Shown piece by piece: positions 16,989-26,710 of a stretch of DNA of 64,000 nucleotides. The DNA lies in assembly GCA_963806095.1 (NCBI GenBank), contig CAWDWV010000005.1:64283-128282 (forward strand), read 5' to 3'. Source of the stretch: Thermoanaerobaculia bacterium. GTDB lineage: Bacteria; Acidobacteriota; Thermoanaerobaculia; Multivoradales; JAIOJS01. Below the pieces are notes generated by a model. That model was not told the origin of the DNA. It searched no databases and was given only the letters and a program-made list of their open reading frames with translations. The position numbers and the translations under genes were made by a program. Positions within the stretch are counted from its first letter, which is position 1; every line of letters starts with the position of its first letter.

Positions 16989-18815
16989 ATGATGCCGGCG
17001 TCCACTCTCATCGGTCGCTACGAGGTCATCCGTGAGCTCGGCCGCGGCGCCATGGGCACCGTGTTCCTGGCGCGCGACACCGCGCTCGGCCGGCTGGTGG
17101 CGCTGAAGACCTTCCGCGCCACCTTCGAAGAGGGCGGCGACCCCGAAAACTCGGGGATCCACCGCCGCCGCTCGCTGCGCGAGGCCCAACGCGCCGGCAC
17201 CTTGTCGCACCCCAGCGTCATCACCATCTACGACGTCGTGGAGACCTCGCCCGACGAGGACAGCTTCTACATCGTCATGGAGTACGTCGAGGGGCAGGGG
17301 CTCGACGCCCGCATGCGCGAGCGCGGCCCGATGAAGCTCGCCGAGGTGGCGCCGCTGGTGACGCAGATCGCCTCCGCCCTCGACCACCTGCACGAGCGCG
17401 GCATCGTCCACCGCGACGTCAAGCCGGGCAACGTGCTGGTCTCCGGCGACGGCCGCGTCAAGATCACCGACTTCGGCATCGCCCGCAGCGAGGACCCCAG
17501 CGCGACGCTCGACACCGACATCTACGGCACGCCGTACTACATGGCGCCCGAGCAGGTCCAGGGGCGGCCGCTCGATGCGCGCACCGACGTCTTCGCGCTC
17601 GGCGTCGTCGTCTACGAGATGCTCACCGGCACGCGGCCGTTCCCCGGCGCGACGGTCGCCGAGGTGGCGCACCGCATCGTCTACGGCGTGCCGTCCGAGC
17701 CCGAGGTCGACGGCAAGCCGCTCTCCGCCGCCGTGCGCGAGGTGCTGCACCAGGCGCTCGCCAAGGACCCCGGCGATCGCTTCCCCACCGCCGGGGCGCT
17801 GGCGACCGCGGTGCACGACCTCGCCGAGGCCACCGGCAACCTCGACCTCGACGCCACCACCGCCTTCCCGCGCAAGCGCTGGCTCGACGCCGTGCCGCGG
17901 CGCGGGCCGCTGCCGCGGACGCCGATGGTGATCGGCGCGGTGGCGGCGGTGGTGGTGCTGCTGCTGTTGAGCGGCTTCGTCTACCTGCGCTCGCAGGAGC
18001 CGCCGCCGGCCGCGGGCGGCGACGAGCTGCAGGCGCGCCGGATCGGCTACGTCAAGTTCGTCAGCGAGGGCAAGCGGCTGCTGGCCGAGAACGATCCGCA
18101 GAGCGCCATGCTGATGTTCCAGGCCGCCGAGGGGATGGCCATCGACCCCAGCGGCGTCCAGCGGCTGCGCGCACAGGCGGAGCGGCAGGCCGAGGAGCAG
18201 GGCGCCCACCTGCGGCTGCTCGACGCCCGCGCCGACCTGTCGAGCGGCGACTACGAAGGGGTCGTGGCCACCGCGCGCGAGATGATGGAGACGCGAGCCG
18301 GGCGCGAGAAGGCGGCTGGCGTGCTCGCCGAGGTGGAGGAAGCGCTGGAACGCGGCCAACGGGCGGCTCGCGCGGGGCCGGCCGCAGCGCCGCGACGTCA
18401 GACCGCCGACACGGCCGCCGCCGGCCCCGCTCCCGCCGCCGGTGTTGCGGGCGCCGAGGCCCAACCGGCGCCTACCTCCACCGCCATCGACTTCGGCGTG
18501 CTGCGCGTCGAGCTGACCAGCGATTCGCCGCAGGGCGTCTTCACCATGTGGGTCGACGGCCGCGAGGTGGCGCGCCACCAGTTCGACTTCTCCGAGCCCA
18601 CCGGCTTCTTCCGCAAACGGCGGCCGGCGGTGCCGGGGAGCTGGGCGAGGGACCTCTCGCTCTGGCAGGGCAGCCACCCCGTGCGGGTGCTGCTGGCACG
18701 CCCCGGTCAGCCGGGCGCCGTGTTGCAGCTCGACGCCCCCATCCAGCCGGGCACCCTGCACACGCTCGCCATCTCGCTGCCCGCCACCGGCGCGCCCGTC
18801 TTCGAGCTACGCTGA
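16989..18815 (+). CDS. Membrane-anchored Ser/Thr protein kinase (Hanks type)
   Basis: GRGAMGTVFLA (G-loop), VALK, HRDVKPGNVLV, DFGIA and the APE-like YMAPEQ. One TM helix (VIGAVAAVVVLLLLSGFVYL). A ~270-aa extracytoplasmic C-terminal region. Confidence 0.85.
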   Translation: MMPASTLIGRYEVIRELGRGAMGTVFLARDTALGRLVALKTFRATFEEGGDPENSGIHRRRSLREAQRAGTLSHPSVITIYDVVETSPDEDSFYIVMEYVEGQGLDARMRERGPMKLAEVAPLVTQIASALDHLHERGIVHRDVKPGNVLVSGDGRVKITDFGIARSEDPSATLDTDIYGTPYYMAPEQVQGRPLDARTDVFALGVVVYEMLTGTRPFPGATVAEVAHRIVYGVPSEPEVDGKPLSAAVREVLHQALAKDPGDRFPTAGALATAVHDLAEATGNLDLDATTAFPRKRWLDAVPRRGPLPRTPMVIGAVAAVVVLLLLSGFVYLRSQEPPPAAGGDELQARRIGYVKFVSEGKRLLAENDPQSAMLMFQAAEGMAIDPSGVQRLRAQAERQAEEQGAHLRLLDARADLSSGDYEGVVATAREMMETRAGREKAAGVLAEVEEALERGQRAARAGPAAAPRRQTADTAAAGPAPAAGVAGAEAQPAPTSTAIDFGVLRVELTSDSPQGVFTMWVDGREVARHQFDFSEPTGFFRKRRPAVPGSWARDLSLWQGSHPVRVLLARPGQPGAVLQLDAPIQPGTLHTLAISLPATGAPVFELR

Positions 18816-18825
18816 GGGCCCTGCG

Positions 18826-20040
18826 ATGAGCGCGCCGCTGCCCGCCGCCACTCTGGAGCCTCGCCCCGGCACCGTCGCCGAGCCGATGCCCGCGATCTCC
18901 GTCGTCATCCCCTGCCTCGACGAGGCGGAGTCCATCGCCGAGTGCGTCGCCAAGGCGCGCCGCGGCATCGCCGCGAGCGGCCTGCCGGGAGAGGTGCTGG
19001 TGGTCGACAACGGCTCCACCGACGGCACGCCCGAGCTCGCCGAGGCGGCCGGCGCCAGGGTCGTTCACGAGTCGCGGCGCGGCTACGGCTCGGCTTATCT
19101 GCGCGGCTTCCGCGAAGCGCGCGGGCGCTACCTGGTGATGGGCGACGGCGACGGCAGCTACGACTTCGAGGACGTGCCGCGTTTCGTGGCGCCGCTGCAC
19201 GCGGGCGACGCCGACCTGGTGATGGGGACGCGGCTCAAGGGCACCATCCTCCCCGGCGCCATGTCGTGGTCGCACCGCTGGATCGGCAACCCCATCCTCT
19301 CCGGCATGCTGCGGCTCTTCTACCGCACCCGCGTCTCCGACTCGCACTGCGGCATGCGCTCGTTCACCCGCGAGGCGCTCGATCGCATGGCGCTGCGCAC
19401 CACCGGCATGGAGCTCGCCTCCGAGATCGTCGTCGCGGCGCTACGCTCGCGGCTGCGCCTGGACGAGATCCCCATCACCTACCACCCACGCGGCGGCGTC
19501 TCCAAGCTCAACGGGCTGCGCGACGCCTGGCGCCACGTGCGCTTCATGCTGCTGTTCTCGCCCTCGCACCTGTTCCTGGTGCCGGGGATCGCGCTCTGCG
19601 CGGTAGGCGCGCTGCTGGTGGCGCTGCTCGCCGGCGGGCCGCGGCAGCTGTTCGGCCGGGTGTGGGACTACCACGCGCTGCTCTTCGGCTGCCTCGCCGT
19701 CATCCTCGGCTACAACCTGGTGCTCTTCGACGTCTTCGCCAAGAGCTTCTCGATGGCGGCGGGACTGGCGCGGCCGCGGCAGTGGCTGGCGCGGCTGCTC
19801 GGCGCCTTCACCCTCGAGCGCGGGGTGGTGCTCGGCGGCCTCGCCTTCGCGGCGGGTGCGGCGCTGGAAGCGAAGATCTTCGTCGACTGGGTGCGCTCGG
19901 GGTACGGGCCGCTGATGGCGGTGCGCGGCATCGTCCTCGGCATGACGCTGATGGTGCTCGGCAGCCAGACGGCGTTCGCCTCCTTCCTGCTCGGCCTCAC
20001 CCAGCTGTCGCGGCAGGACCGCGCCGCGGATGGCGGCTGA
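18826..20040 (+). CDS. GT2 glycosyltransferase with C-terminal TM domain (polyprenyl-phosphate sugar synthase-like, DPM1/GtrB/ArnC type)
   Basis: ISVVIPCLDEAESI, VVDNGSTDGT and GDGDGSYD (DxD region), followed by four hydrophobic helices at the C-terminus. It lies 10 nt after the kinase stop. Confidence 0.85.
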   Translation: MSAPLPAATLEPRPGTVAEPMPAISVVIPCLDEAESIAECVAKARRGIAASGLPGEVLVVDNGSTDGTPELAEAAGARVVHESRRGYGSAYLRGFREARGRYLVMGDGDGSYDFEDVPRFVAPLHAGDADLVMGTRLKGTILPGAMSWSHRWIGNPILSGMLRLFYRTRVSDSHCGMRSFTREALDRMALRTTGMELASEIVVAALRSRLRLDEIPITYHPRGGVSKLNGLRDAWRHVRFMLLFSPSHLFLVPGIALCAVGALLVALLAGGPRQLFGRVWDYHALLFGCLAVILGYNLVLFDVFAKSFSMAAGLARPRQWLARLLGAFTLERGVVLGGLAFAAGAALEAKIFVDWVRSGYGPLMAVRGIVLGMTLMVLGSQTAFASFLLGLTQLSRQDRAADGG

Positions 20041-21814
20041 GCCGGCGGCCGAGACGGCCCAAGGCGCGCAGGCATTGGGACGCGACGGCGACGTCGCCGC
20101 GGCGCCGGCAGCGCGCCTGGCGGCGCTCGTCGTGCCGTCGCTCGTGCTCGCCGCCGGGGTGCTGCTGCTGGCGCTGTTCGAGCGGCCGCAGCTACCGCGA
20201 TACCGGCAGCAGGCCTTCCGGCTGCTGTTCGCGCGCGACGAGCCGGCGGGTGCGGCGCTGCTGCTCGCGCTGCTGGCGATCGCGGTGGCGGCGGCGATGC
20301 TGGCGGCGAGGCCGCTGCGACGCTGGGCGGAGCTGGTGCCGCGGCGGTTGGCCGAACGGCGAGCCCTCGTCGCGCTCGCGCTCACGGCGGCGCTGCTCCT
20401 CGCCGCCGGTGCGGTGACCGTTTACCAGGCGCGCCCGCTGGCGATGGACGAGCACGCGCACTGGTTCCAGGCGCGCGCCTTCGCCGCCGGCGAGCTCACC
20501 GGGCGCCTGCCGCCCGACCTGCTGCCACGGCTGGTGCCGCCGCGCCTGCTCTTCCCGTTCTTCGCCACCGATGCGGCAACCGGCACCGTCGCGTCGCGCT
20601 ACTGGCCGGGGTTCGCGCTGCTGCTGGTGCCGTTTACCTGGCTGCGGGCGCCCTGGCTGCTCGACCCGCTGCTCGGCGGCGCGGCGCTGCTGCTGCTCGC
20701 CACACTGGCGCGACGGTGGACGGGCGAAGCGGCGGCGGCGGGCTGGGCGGTGCTGCTCGCTCTCGCCTCGCCGGCGTTCACCGTCAACGCGCTGTCGTTC
20801 TACCCGCTCACCGCGCACCTCGCCCTCAACCTGGCGTGGATGGCGCTGCTGGTGGAAGGACGCGCCGAGAGTGGCGATCCGCGGGCGACGGCGACGAAGT
20901 CGACGTTGACGCTCACCGCGCAGCCGCGACGGCTGCTCGCCGCCGGCGCCGTCGGCGCGCTGGCGCTGGTGCTCCACAACCCGGTGCCGCACGCGGTGTT
21001 CGCCGTTCCCTGGCTCGCGGCGCTGCTGCGCCGCCGCGGCCGCCGCGCCGTCGCCTTCCTCGCGCTCGGCTACCTGCCGCTCGTCCTGCTGCTCGGCGTC
21101 GGCTGGCTGCCCTTCCGCGGTCCGCTCGCGAGCGGGGCCGCGGCGGGCGACGGCCTGGCGCCGCGTGTCCTCGACTTCCTCGCCCACGTCTTCACCCTTC
21201 CCGCGCCGCCGCTGCTCTACGCGCGCCTGCTCGCGCTCGGCGAGCTCGTCACCTGGGCGGCGCCGTTCCTGCCCGTGCTCGCCGTGCTCGGCTGGCGCGC
21301 CGCCCGCCGCGGCTCGCCGCTGCGCCTGCTCGCCGGCTCGGCGCTGGCGACGCTGCTGCTCTACTGCTTCATCCCCTTCGACCAGGGGCACGGCTGGGGC
21401 TACCGCTACTTCCACGCCGCCTGGTCGGCGCTGCCGCTGCTCGGCGCCGCGGCGCTGGTCGACCCGCGCGCCGCACGCTGGCGCGGCCCGGTGCTCGCCG
21501 CCGCGCTGCTCGCCATCCCCGCCGCCAGCGCCTTGCGCGCCCAACAAGTGCGCTCGTTCATCGTCGAGCAGCGCGCGCAGCTGCCGCCGCTGCCGCCGGC
21601 GTCACCAGGCGAGCGGCGCCTGTGCTTCGTCTCGCTCCAGGGCGGCGCCTACCGCGTCGACCTGCTGCAGAACGACCCTTTCCTGCGCGACCCGGTGACC
21701 TACCTCAGCAGCCACGGCTTCGAGCAGGACGCGGCGCTGGTCGCCCGCCGCTTCCCGGCGGCGACCCTCGCGTCGCGCGACTCCAACGGCAGCGTCTGGC
21801 TGCTGCCTAACTGA
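20030..21814 (+). CDS. GT-C-fold membrane glycosyltransferase-like protein (ArnT/PMT_2-like)
   Basis: The start overlaps the GT2 stop by 11 nt. It has >10 predicted TM helices and a first-loop acidic motif, LAMDEHAHWFQARAF (the DE motif typical of GT-C enzymes). The family call is an inference. Confidence 0.65.
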   Translation: MAAEPAAETAQGAQALGRDGDVAAAPAARLAALVVPSLVLAAGVLLLALFERPQLPRYRQQAFRLLFARDEPAGAALLLALLAIAVAAAMLAARPLRRWAELVPRRLAERRALVALALTAALLLAAGAVTVYQARPLAMDEHAHWFQARAFAAGELTGRLPPDLLPRLVPPRLLFPFFATDAATGTVASRYWPGFALLLVPFTWLRAPWLLDPLLGGAALLLLATLARRWTGEAAAAGWAVLLALASPAFTVNALSFYPLTAHLALNLAWMALLVEGRAESGDPRATATKSTLTLTAQPRRLLAAGAVGALALVLHNPVPHAVFAVPWLAALLRRRGRRAVAFLALGYLPLVLLLGVGWLPFRGPLASGAAAGDGLAPRVLDFLAHVFTLPAPPLLYARLLALGELVTWAAPFLPVLAVLGWRAARRGSPLRLLAGSALATLLLYCFIPFDQGHGWGYRYFHAAWSALPLLGAAALVDPRAARWRGPVLAAALLAIPAASALRAQQVRSFIVEQRAQLPPLPPASPGERRLCFVSLQGGAYRVDLLQNDPFLRDPVTYLSSHGFEQDAALVARRFPAATLASRDSNGSVWLLPN

Positions 21815-24800
21815 TGGGCTTGCGCAGCAGCACGCGGCCCATCATGCACTCGCCCAGCTCGCGGTAGCTCTCCCACTGCTCGTCGGTGAGGAACTGGTCG
21901 GCCGTCGGGTCGTTGGGGAAGGCCGGGTTGACCTCGGCGTAGCAGCGCACCTCGAGCGGCACGCCCGGCGGCACCGCGGCCTTGAGCAGCAGCAGCCAGC
22001 TCGGCCGCCGCCGCGTGCCCGAGGTGTAGGTGACGCGCGCTAGCGCCGCCGCGTACGGCCCGTTGCGCCGGATCTCCTGCCAGGGGCCGATGGCCTCGGG
22101 GTCGAGCCAGTCGCGCACCAGCGGCGGCACCACGATGCCGTGGTCCTCGAAGGCGTCCCACCCAGTCTTGCCCGCGGCGCGGCCGGGGGCCGGGTCGAGC
22201 CAGCGGCAGTGGGCGCCGAAGTCGGTCTCCGCCAAGCGGATCAGCGTCGAGAGGTCCTGGAACTGATACTTGGCGTCCTGCAGCGCGTCGATGGCGATCA
22301 TGAACGGCAGCCGGCGGCGGATCAGCTCGTACAGGCCGGTGCCTTCGAAGTGGCCGCCGTCGGAGAGGTACCAGAAGCGCTGCGACGGGCCGCCGTAGTA
22401 GGCCCGCCACTCGTCGAGCAGCATGCGCTGGGTGCGGAAGATGATGCTCGGCGCCTGGATCAGCCGCCGCCAGATGCCGGGCGGGTAGCGCCCCGGCCGC
22501 TGGCCGGCGCGGATGTGGGTGTCCCACCAGTAGCCGAGCCGCACGTTGAGCAGCCCCATCAGCAGCGACAGCGACAGCTTGGTGTTGCGCCCCGAGCCGG
22601 TGCTGAAGGCGGCGCCGGAGGTGGCGATCCACTGCGAGAGGCGCAGCGGCTCGACCTCGGCGGTGTCGAAGCCGCGCTTCTTGAGGACGTGGAAGGCGTT
22701 GGGGTCGTTGTTGGGGACGACCGCCTCGACGACGCTCTCGCCGGAAGCCACGCTCGCCGCCGAGCGGTCCCACAGCGCGGTGAAGCGGCGGCCGACGCTG
22801 ATCCCCTCCGGCCCGAGGGCCATCTGCAGCCCCTTGTCGCTCTTGAGGTGGCGGCCGGAGGCGGCGTCCGCCGTCTCGTTGACGCAGACGCCGACCAGGT
22901 GCAGCGGGCCGCCCTTGAGCTCGGGGTGGTAGGCCTCGAACTCGATGTCGTCGTCGGCGTCGGGCACCGACACTTCGGTGGGCGTCCCCTTGCCGTGCGG
23001 GTAGATGCGCTGCGGGTTGCTGGCGCCGAGGAAGGTGCGGGCGAGGCGGGCCGCGTAGGCCGACTGCAGCGACGAGAGGTTGAGGAAGCCGACGTCGCGG
23101 CCGAGCACCACCGAGACGGCGAAGGCGAGCCCGATGAGCCACCACCCGACGGTGGTGCTGGAGTCGAAGCTCCAGTGCACCAGCACGTCGAGGGCGAAGA
23201 GCAGGAAGCCGAGCACGCCGAGGGCGATGGCGAGGAGGAGCAGGTTCGAGATGCCGCCGCTGGGCGCCGCCGCTCCCGCCGGGGTCTTCGGCTTGGTGAG
23301 CTTGGTGACGGTGTCGCGGAAGAACGGCAGGACCCCCATCAGAGCGCCCGCCAGGCTGACGATCATCGGCCGCATCGTGTCGTCGGCGGTGGCGCGCGCC
23401 AGGGTGTCGAGGACCACCCACAACGTCGTGGCGACGAACACCAGCACGGCGCCGCCGGCGAGGTAGGTGAGCCGGGCGCGCAGGATGACCCCCTGCGTGC
23501 GGGGGTCGGTGCCCGGCTTCATGTCGAGGCCCGCCAGCAGCTCCCACACCCAGGCGAGCAGCAGGATGACGAGGCCGACGGCGCCGAGCAGCCGCAGGCC
23601 GGGGATCCCCAACGCCACCACGGCGCCGGCGAGCAGCACCACCCAGAGCAGCAGCGCGAACACCGCGTACGGGGGCCCGCCCTTCTTGCGCGGCGCCAGC
23701 CAGTAGGCGTAGAAGATCGGCAGCGCGAAGGCGAGGGCGACCGCCACCGGCAGCCACCACCAGGGCGACAGCTGCAGGCCGAGGACGGTGACCGGGTTGC
23801 CGGGGATTCCCGGCAGCCCGCCGAGCGGCGCGGCGAGCAGGCGCAGCAGGCCGAAGATGAAGACGAAGAAGGTGGCGATGACGAGCTGCACCGCCAGCAG
23901 GTTGCGCCAGATGGTGCCGAGGTTGGTCTTGAGGTCGGACAGCCCCTCGCCGGCAAGGTAGTTGACGTGCGTGCGCAGCCACTCGATCTCGGCCGAGTTG
24001 GAGTTGCGCAGCACGCGCTCGACGTAGGCCGGCTTGTCGGCGACGTCGGGAGCGACGCGGGTGAAGAGCCGGCCGAGGAAGCTGCCGATGTAGCCGCCGC
24101 CCGAGACGCTGGACATGAAGTCGACGGCGCGCAGGCGCCCCTTGGCGGCGAGCGCCTGCAGCGCGCCCAGGCAGTAGGTGGCGCTACGGATGCCGCCGCC
24201 GGAGAGCGCCAGCCCCACGGCGTCCTTGGGCAGCCGCCGCGGGTAGGGCGCCGGGCCGGGCGTGCCGGCCATGCCGGTGGCGGCGCCGTAGCCGCTGACC
24301 GAGCCCTCGGCGGTGGCAACACTCGAGCCCGGCGCGGCCGCGGTGGCGGCGCCTGTCGGATAGCCGCTCCTCCGCTGCTTGTCCTCCCAGCCGCCGCTGA
24401 TCAGCGCCGCCTGCCGGCGCTGCTGCACGGCGTGGGCTTCCTTCGCTTCCAGCCGGTCCGGGTATGTCGCGGAGTCGGCGATGATCGTCTCCGCCGCCTT
24501 CTCCGCCGCCATGAAGATGGGGGTGACGATGAAGTAGCCCGGGATCTCCGGGAAGATGGAGGCGTCGACGATGCGCAGGCCTTCGACGCCGTGCACGCGG
24601 AAGCGGCTGTCGAGCACGGCGCCGCGGTCCTTGAGCTCCGCCGCCGGGAACGGCCGCCAGGGATCGGACCCCATGCGGCAGGTGCCGTTGGCGTGGTGCC
24701 CCCAGGCCGAGTGGTGGATCCACTTGGCGACCTGCGAGTTGGTGACGTCCTTGCCCGGCTGCACCTCGCGGTCCATGAGCGGGATCGACGCGTTGATCTT

Positions 24801-26708
24801 GCGCACCAGCTCGACGGCGGCCTCGACCGCCGCGAGGTCCTTCTGCGCACCCGGCGTGTAGGCGCCGGTCAACGGGTCGCGGGCGAAGGAGTCGGTGTCG
24901 ATGTCGAGCTGCGCGAACGGCGAGGCGGAGCGCAGCTTCACCGTGCCGCTGTTGTGGGTGTAGGCCTTGAGGATCACCCAGGTCCAGATGTTGCGGTGGT
25001 CGATGGGCTCGCCGGGCGGCACCTGCTCGGGGTAGAGCAGCTGCGACGACCAGCCCCAGTAGTAGCCGCGGAAGGCCGCCGGGACGCCGAAGACGAAGAG
25101 GTCGGCCTCCGGCCCGTCGTGGTGGCCCGAGCGCGCCAGGAAGGCGATGGCGCCGCCGTTGGTGGCGTAGAGGCCGCCGCCGTCCTCGAGCCACTGCGTC
25201 AGGGCCGGGTCGGGCTGCTCACCCGGCTTGGGCGGCACCAGGGTGTCGCCGTCGAGGGTCTTGAACGGCTTCTTGGTCTGGCTGACGACGCCGACCTCGT
25301 AGCGGTCCTGCAGGTTCTTGCCGACGCCGGCGAGGTCGATGCCGTCCGCGACCTTCTTGCCGTCACGGTCGCGCAGGCCGTCGATGCCGTGCTTGGCGAG
25401 CTCGGCCTGGTCGCCGATGCCGGAGAGCATCAGCAGCTGCGGCGAGTTGTAGGTGCCGCCGGAGAGGATCACCTCGCTGCGCGCGAAGAGCTGCCGGCGT
25501 GGCGCGTCGTTGGACGCCGCTTCGGACTTGGAGAGCGGGCTCGGCTGGTAGAGGTGCTTGCCCTCGGCCACCTCGACGCCGATGGCGCGCGGCACCGCGG
25601 GCCGCCGCTTCTCGCCGGCGGCCGTGCCGTCGTCTTCGTCCTCGACCCCGGCCTCGAAGATCACCCGCGTCGCCAGCGCGCAGGTGACGATGGTGAGGCG
25701 GTCGGGGTAGTCGGTGGCGTTCTTGAGCAGCCACTCGCGCAGCCCGACGCGGCGCGTGCCGTCGGTGCCGATGGGGATGAGCTTGAGGTTGACGTCCGGC
25801 GCCGCCGGCCAGTCGCGGCGGTAGTTGGGGTCGAGGAAGCGCACCACGGAGAGCGTCACGATCGACTTGAGGAAGGCCTTGAAGCCCCCACCCTTGACCA
25901 GCAGCCACAAGACGGCGCGGGCCAGGAGGCTGATGAAGACCCAGTCGCTCTTGGCGATGGTGACGATCAGCAGCGGCGAGATGAAGCTCGTCTTCTGCCA
26001 GCCGGCTGTCCCGTGGCCGCCGTTGTCGAGCTGCTCGCTGGGGTTGAGGAAGGCGACGAGGGCGCGCCACCACGCCGCGATCTTGCCCAGCGCCTTGCGG
26101 AAGGCCGATTTGTAGGCCGAGTAGTAGAGCACCTGCTCGATCACCGCGAAGTAGCCCTGCATCGCCGACGGCTGCCAGCTGGCATCGCCGGTGAGCTCGG
26201 CGACGCGCTGCCAGTCGAGGTCGTTGGGCTTGGCGATGATCATCGCGTGGTGGTTCGTGCAGCCGCCGATGCCCGAAGCGCGCGGGTAGAAGATGCCGCC
26301 TTTGCCGCCGGTGGGCCAGTTGGGGTCCGGATTCGCCGACGGATCGTGCTCCGGGTTGTACTTGGGGTCCTTCTTCTGCTCCTCAGTGTCGGCGAAGTGC
26401 CGCACCGAGAAGCTCCAGCTCATCGGGTCGTCCTCGGAGGCGGCGCCGTAGTAGACGGGCACCTCGTAGACCTGGCGCAGCTTGGCCGCCGACTCCGCCG
26501 GCGCGTCGACGGTGCCGCACGGCCGGGCCTCGGTGGCGACGTCGGCGCCGGCCTCGAGCACCAGCACGCGCTTGCCGGATCGTGCGAGCCGCGCCGCCAG
26601 CACGCCGCCGCCGGCCCCCGAGCCGACGACGATGTAGTCGAACGGCGTCGTCTCGGGGTCCGCCGCCAGGGTGAGCAGGTCGGTGGTCGAGGCGTTCGCG
26701 GCGGCCAT
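21807..26708 (-). CDS. 1,633-aa fusion: GMC-family FAD oxidoreductase (N-terminal ~760 aa) + patatin-like lipase split by a polytopic membrane block
   Basis: ATG 26708 lies 2 nt after the upstream stop. The GMC part has DYIVVGSGAGGGVLAARLARSGKRVLVLEAG, YPRASGIGGCTNHHAMI, VILSGGTYNSPQLLMLSGIG and AWGHHANGTCRMG...LRIVDASIFPEIPG. The patatin part has GLALSGGGIRSA (Gly832 on), nucleophile elbow SVSGGGY (Ser869 = nt 24102..24104) and LSDGGHFEGTGLYE (Asp1450 = nt 22359..22361). About 8-10 hydrophobic helices lie between nt ~23090 and ~23920. No in-frame stop separates the two halves. The upstream 2.7 kb of track ORF 21807..29420 is off-frame read-through. Confidence 0.8.
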   Translation of the reverse strand: MAAANASTTDLLTLAADPETTPFDYIVVGSGAGGGVLAARLARSGKRVLVLEAGADVATEARPCGTVDAPAESAAKLRQVYEVPVYYGAASEDDPMSWSFSVRHFADTEEQKKDPKYNPEHDPSANPDPNWPTGGKGGIFYPRASGIGGCTNHHAMIIAKPNDLDWQRVAELTGDASWQPSAMQGYFAVIEQVLYYSAYKSAFRKALGKIAAWWRALVAFLNPSEQLDNGGHGTAGWQKTSFISPLLIVTIAKSDWVFISLLARAVLWLLVKGGGFKAFLKSIVTLSVVRFLDPNYRRDWPAAPDVNLKLIPIGTDGTRRVGLREWLLKNATDYPDRLTIVTCALATRVIFEAGVEDEDDGTAAGEKRRPAVPRAIGVEVAEGKHLYQPSPLSKSEAASNDAPRRQLFARSEVILSGGTYNSPQLLMLSGIGDQAELAKHGIDGLRDRDGKKVADGIDLAGVGKNLQDRYEVGVVSQTKKPFKTLDGDTLVPPKPGEQPDPALTQWLEDGGGLYATNGGAIAFLARSGHHDGPEADLFVFGVPAAFRGYYWGWSSQLLYPEQVPPGEPIDHRNIWTWVILKAYTHNSGTVKLRSASPFAQLDIDTDSFARDPLTGAYTPGAQKDLAAVEAAVELVRKINASIPLMDREVQPGKDVTNSQVAKWIHHSAWGHHANGTCRMGSDPWRPFPAAELKDRGAVLDSRFRVHGVEGLRIVDASIFPEIPGYFIVTPIFMAAEKAAETIIADSATYPDRLEAKEAHAVQQRRQAALISGGWEDKQRRSGYPTGAATAAAPGSSVATAEGSVSGYGAATGMAGTPGPAPYPRRLPKDAVGLALSGGGIRSATYCLGALQALAAKGRLRAVDFMSSVSGGGYIGSFLGRLFTRVAPDVADKPAYVERVLRNSNSAEIEWLRTHVNYLAGEGLSDLKTNLGTIWRNLLAVQLVIATFFVFIFGLLRLLAAPLGGLPGIPGNPVTVLGLQLSPWWWLPVAVALAFALPIFYAYWLAPRKKGGPPYAVFALLLWVVLLAGAVVALGIPGLRLLGAVGLVILLLAWVWELLAGLDMKPGTDPRTQGVILRARLTYLAGGAVLVFVATTLWVVLDTLARATADDTMRPMIVSLAGALMGVLPFFRDTVTKLTKPKTPAGAAAPSGGISNLLLLAIALGVLGFLLFALDVLVHWSFDSSTTVGWWLIGLAFAVSVVLGRDVGFLNLSSLQSAYAARLARTFLGASNPQRIYPHGKGTPTEVSVPDADDDIEFEAYHPELKGGPLHLVGVCVNETADAASGRHLKSDKGLQMALGPEGISVGRRFTALWDRSAASVASGESVVEAVVPNNDPNAFHVLKKRGFDTAEVEPLRLSQWIATSGAAFSTGSGRNTKLSLSLLMGLLNVRLGYWWDTHIRAGQRPGRYPPGIWRRLIQAPSIIFRTQRMLLDEWRAYYGGPSQRFWYLSDGGHFEGTGLYELIRRRLPFMIAIDALQDAKYQFQDLSTLIRLAETDFGAHCRWLDPAPGRAAGKTGWDAFEDHGIVVPPLVRDWLDPEAIGPWQEIRRNGPYAAALARVTYTSGTRRRPSWLLLLKAAVPPGVPLEVRCYAEVNPAFPNDPTADQFLTDEQWESYRELGECMMGRVLLRKPIS

Positions 26709-26710
26709 CG

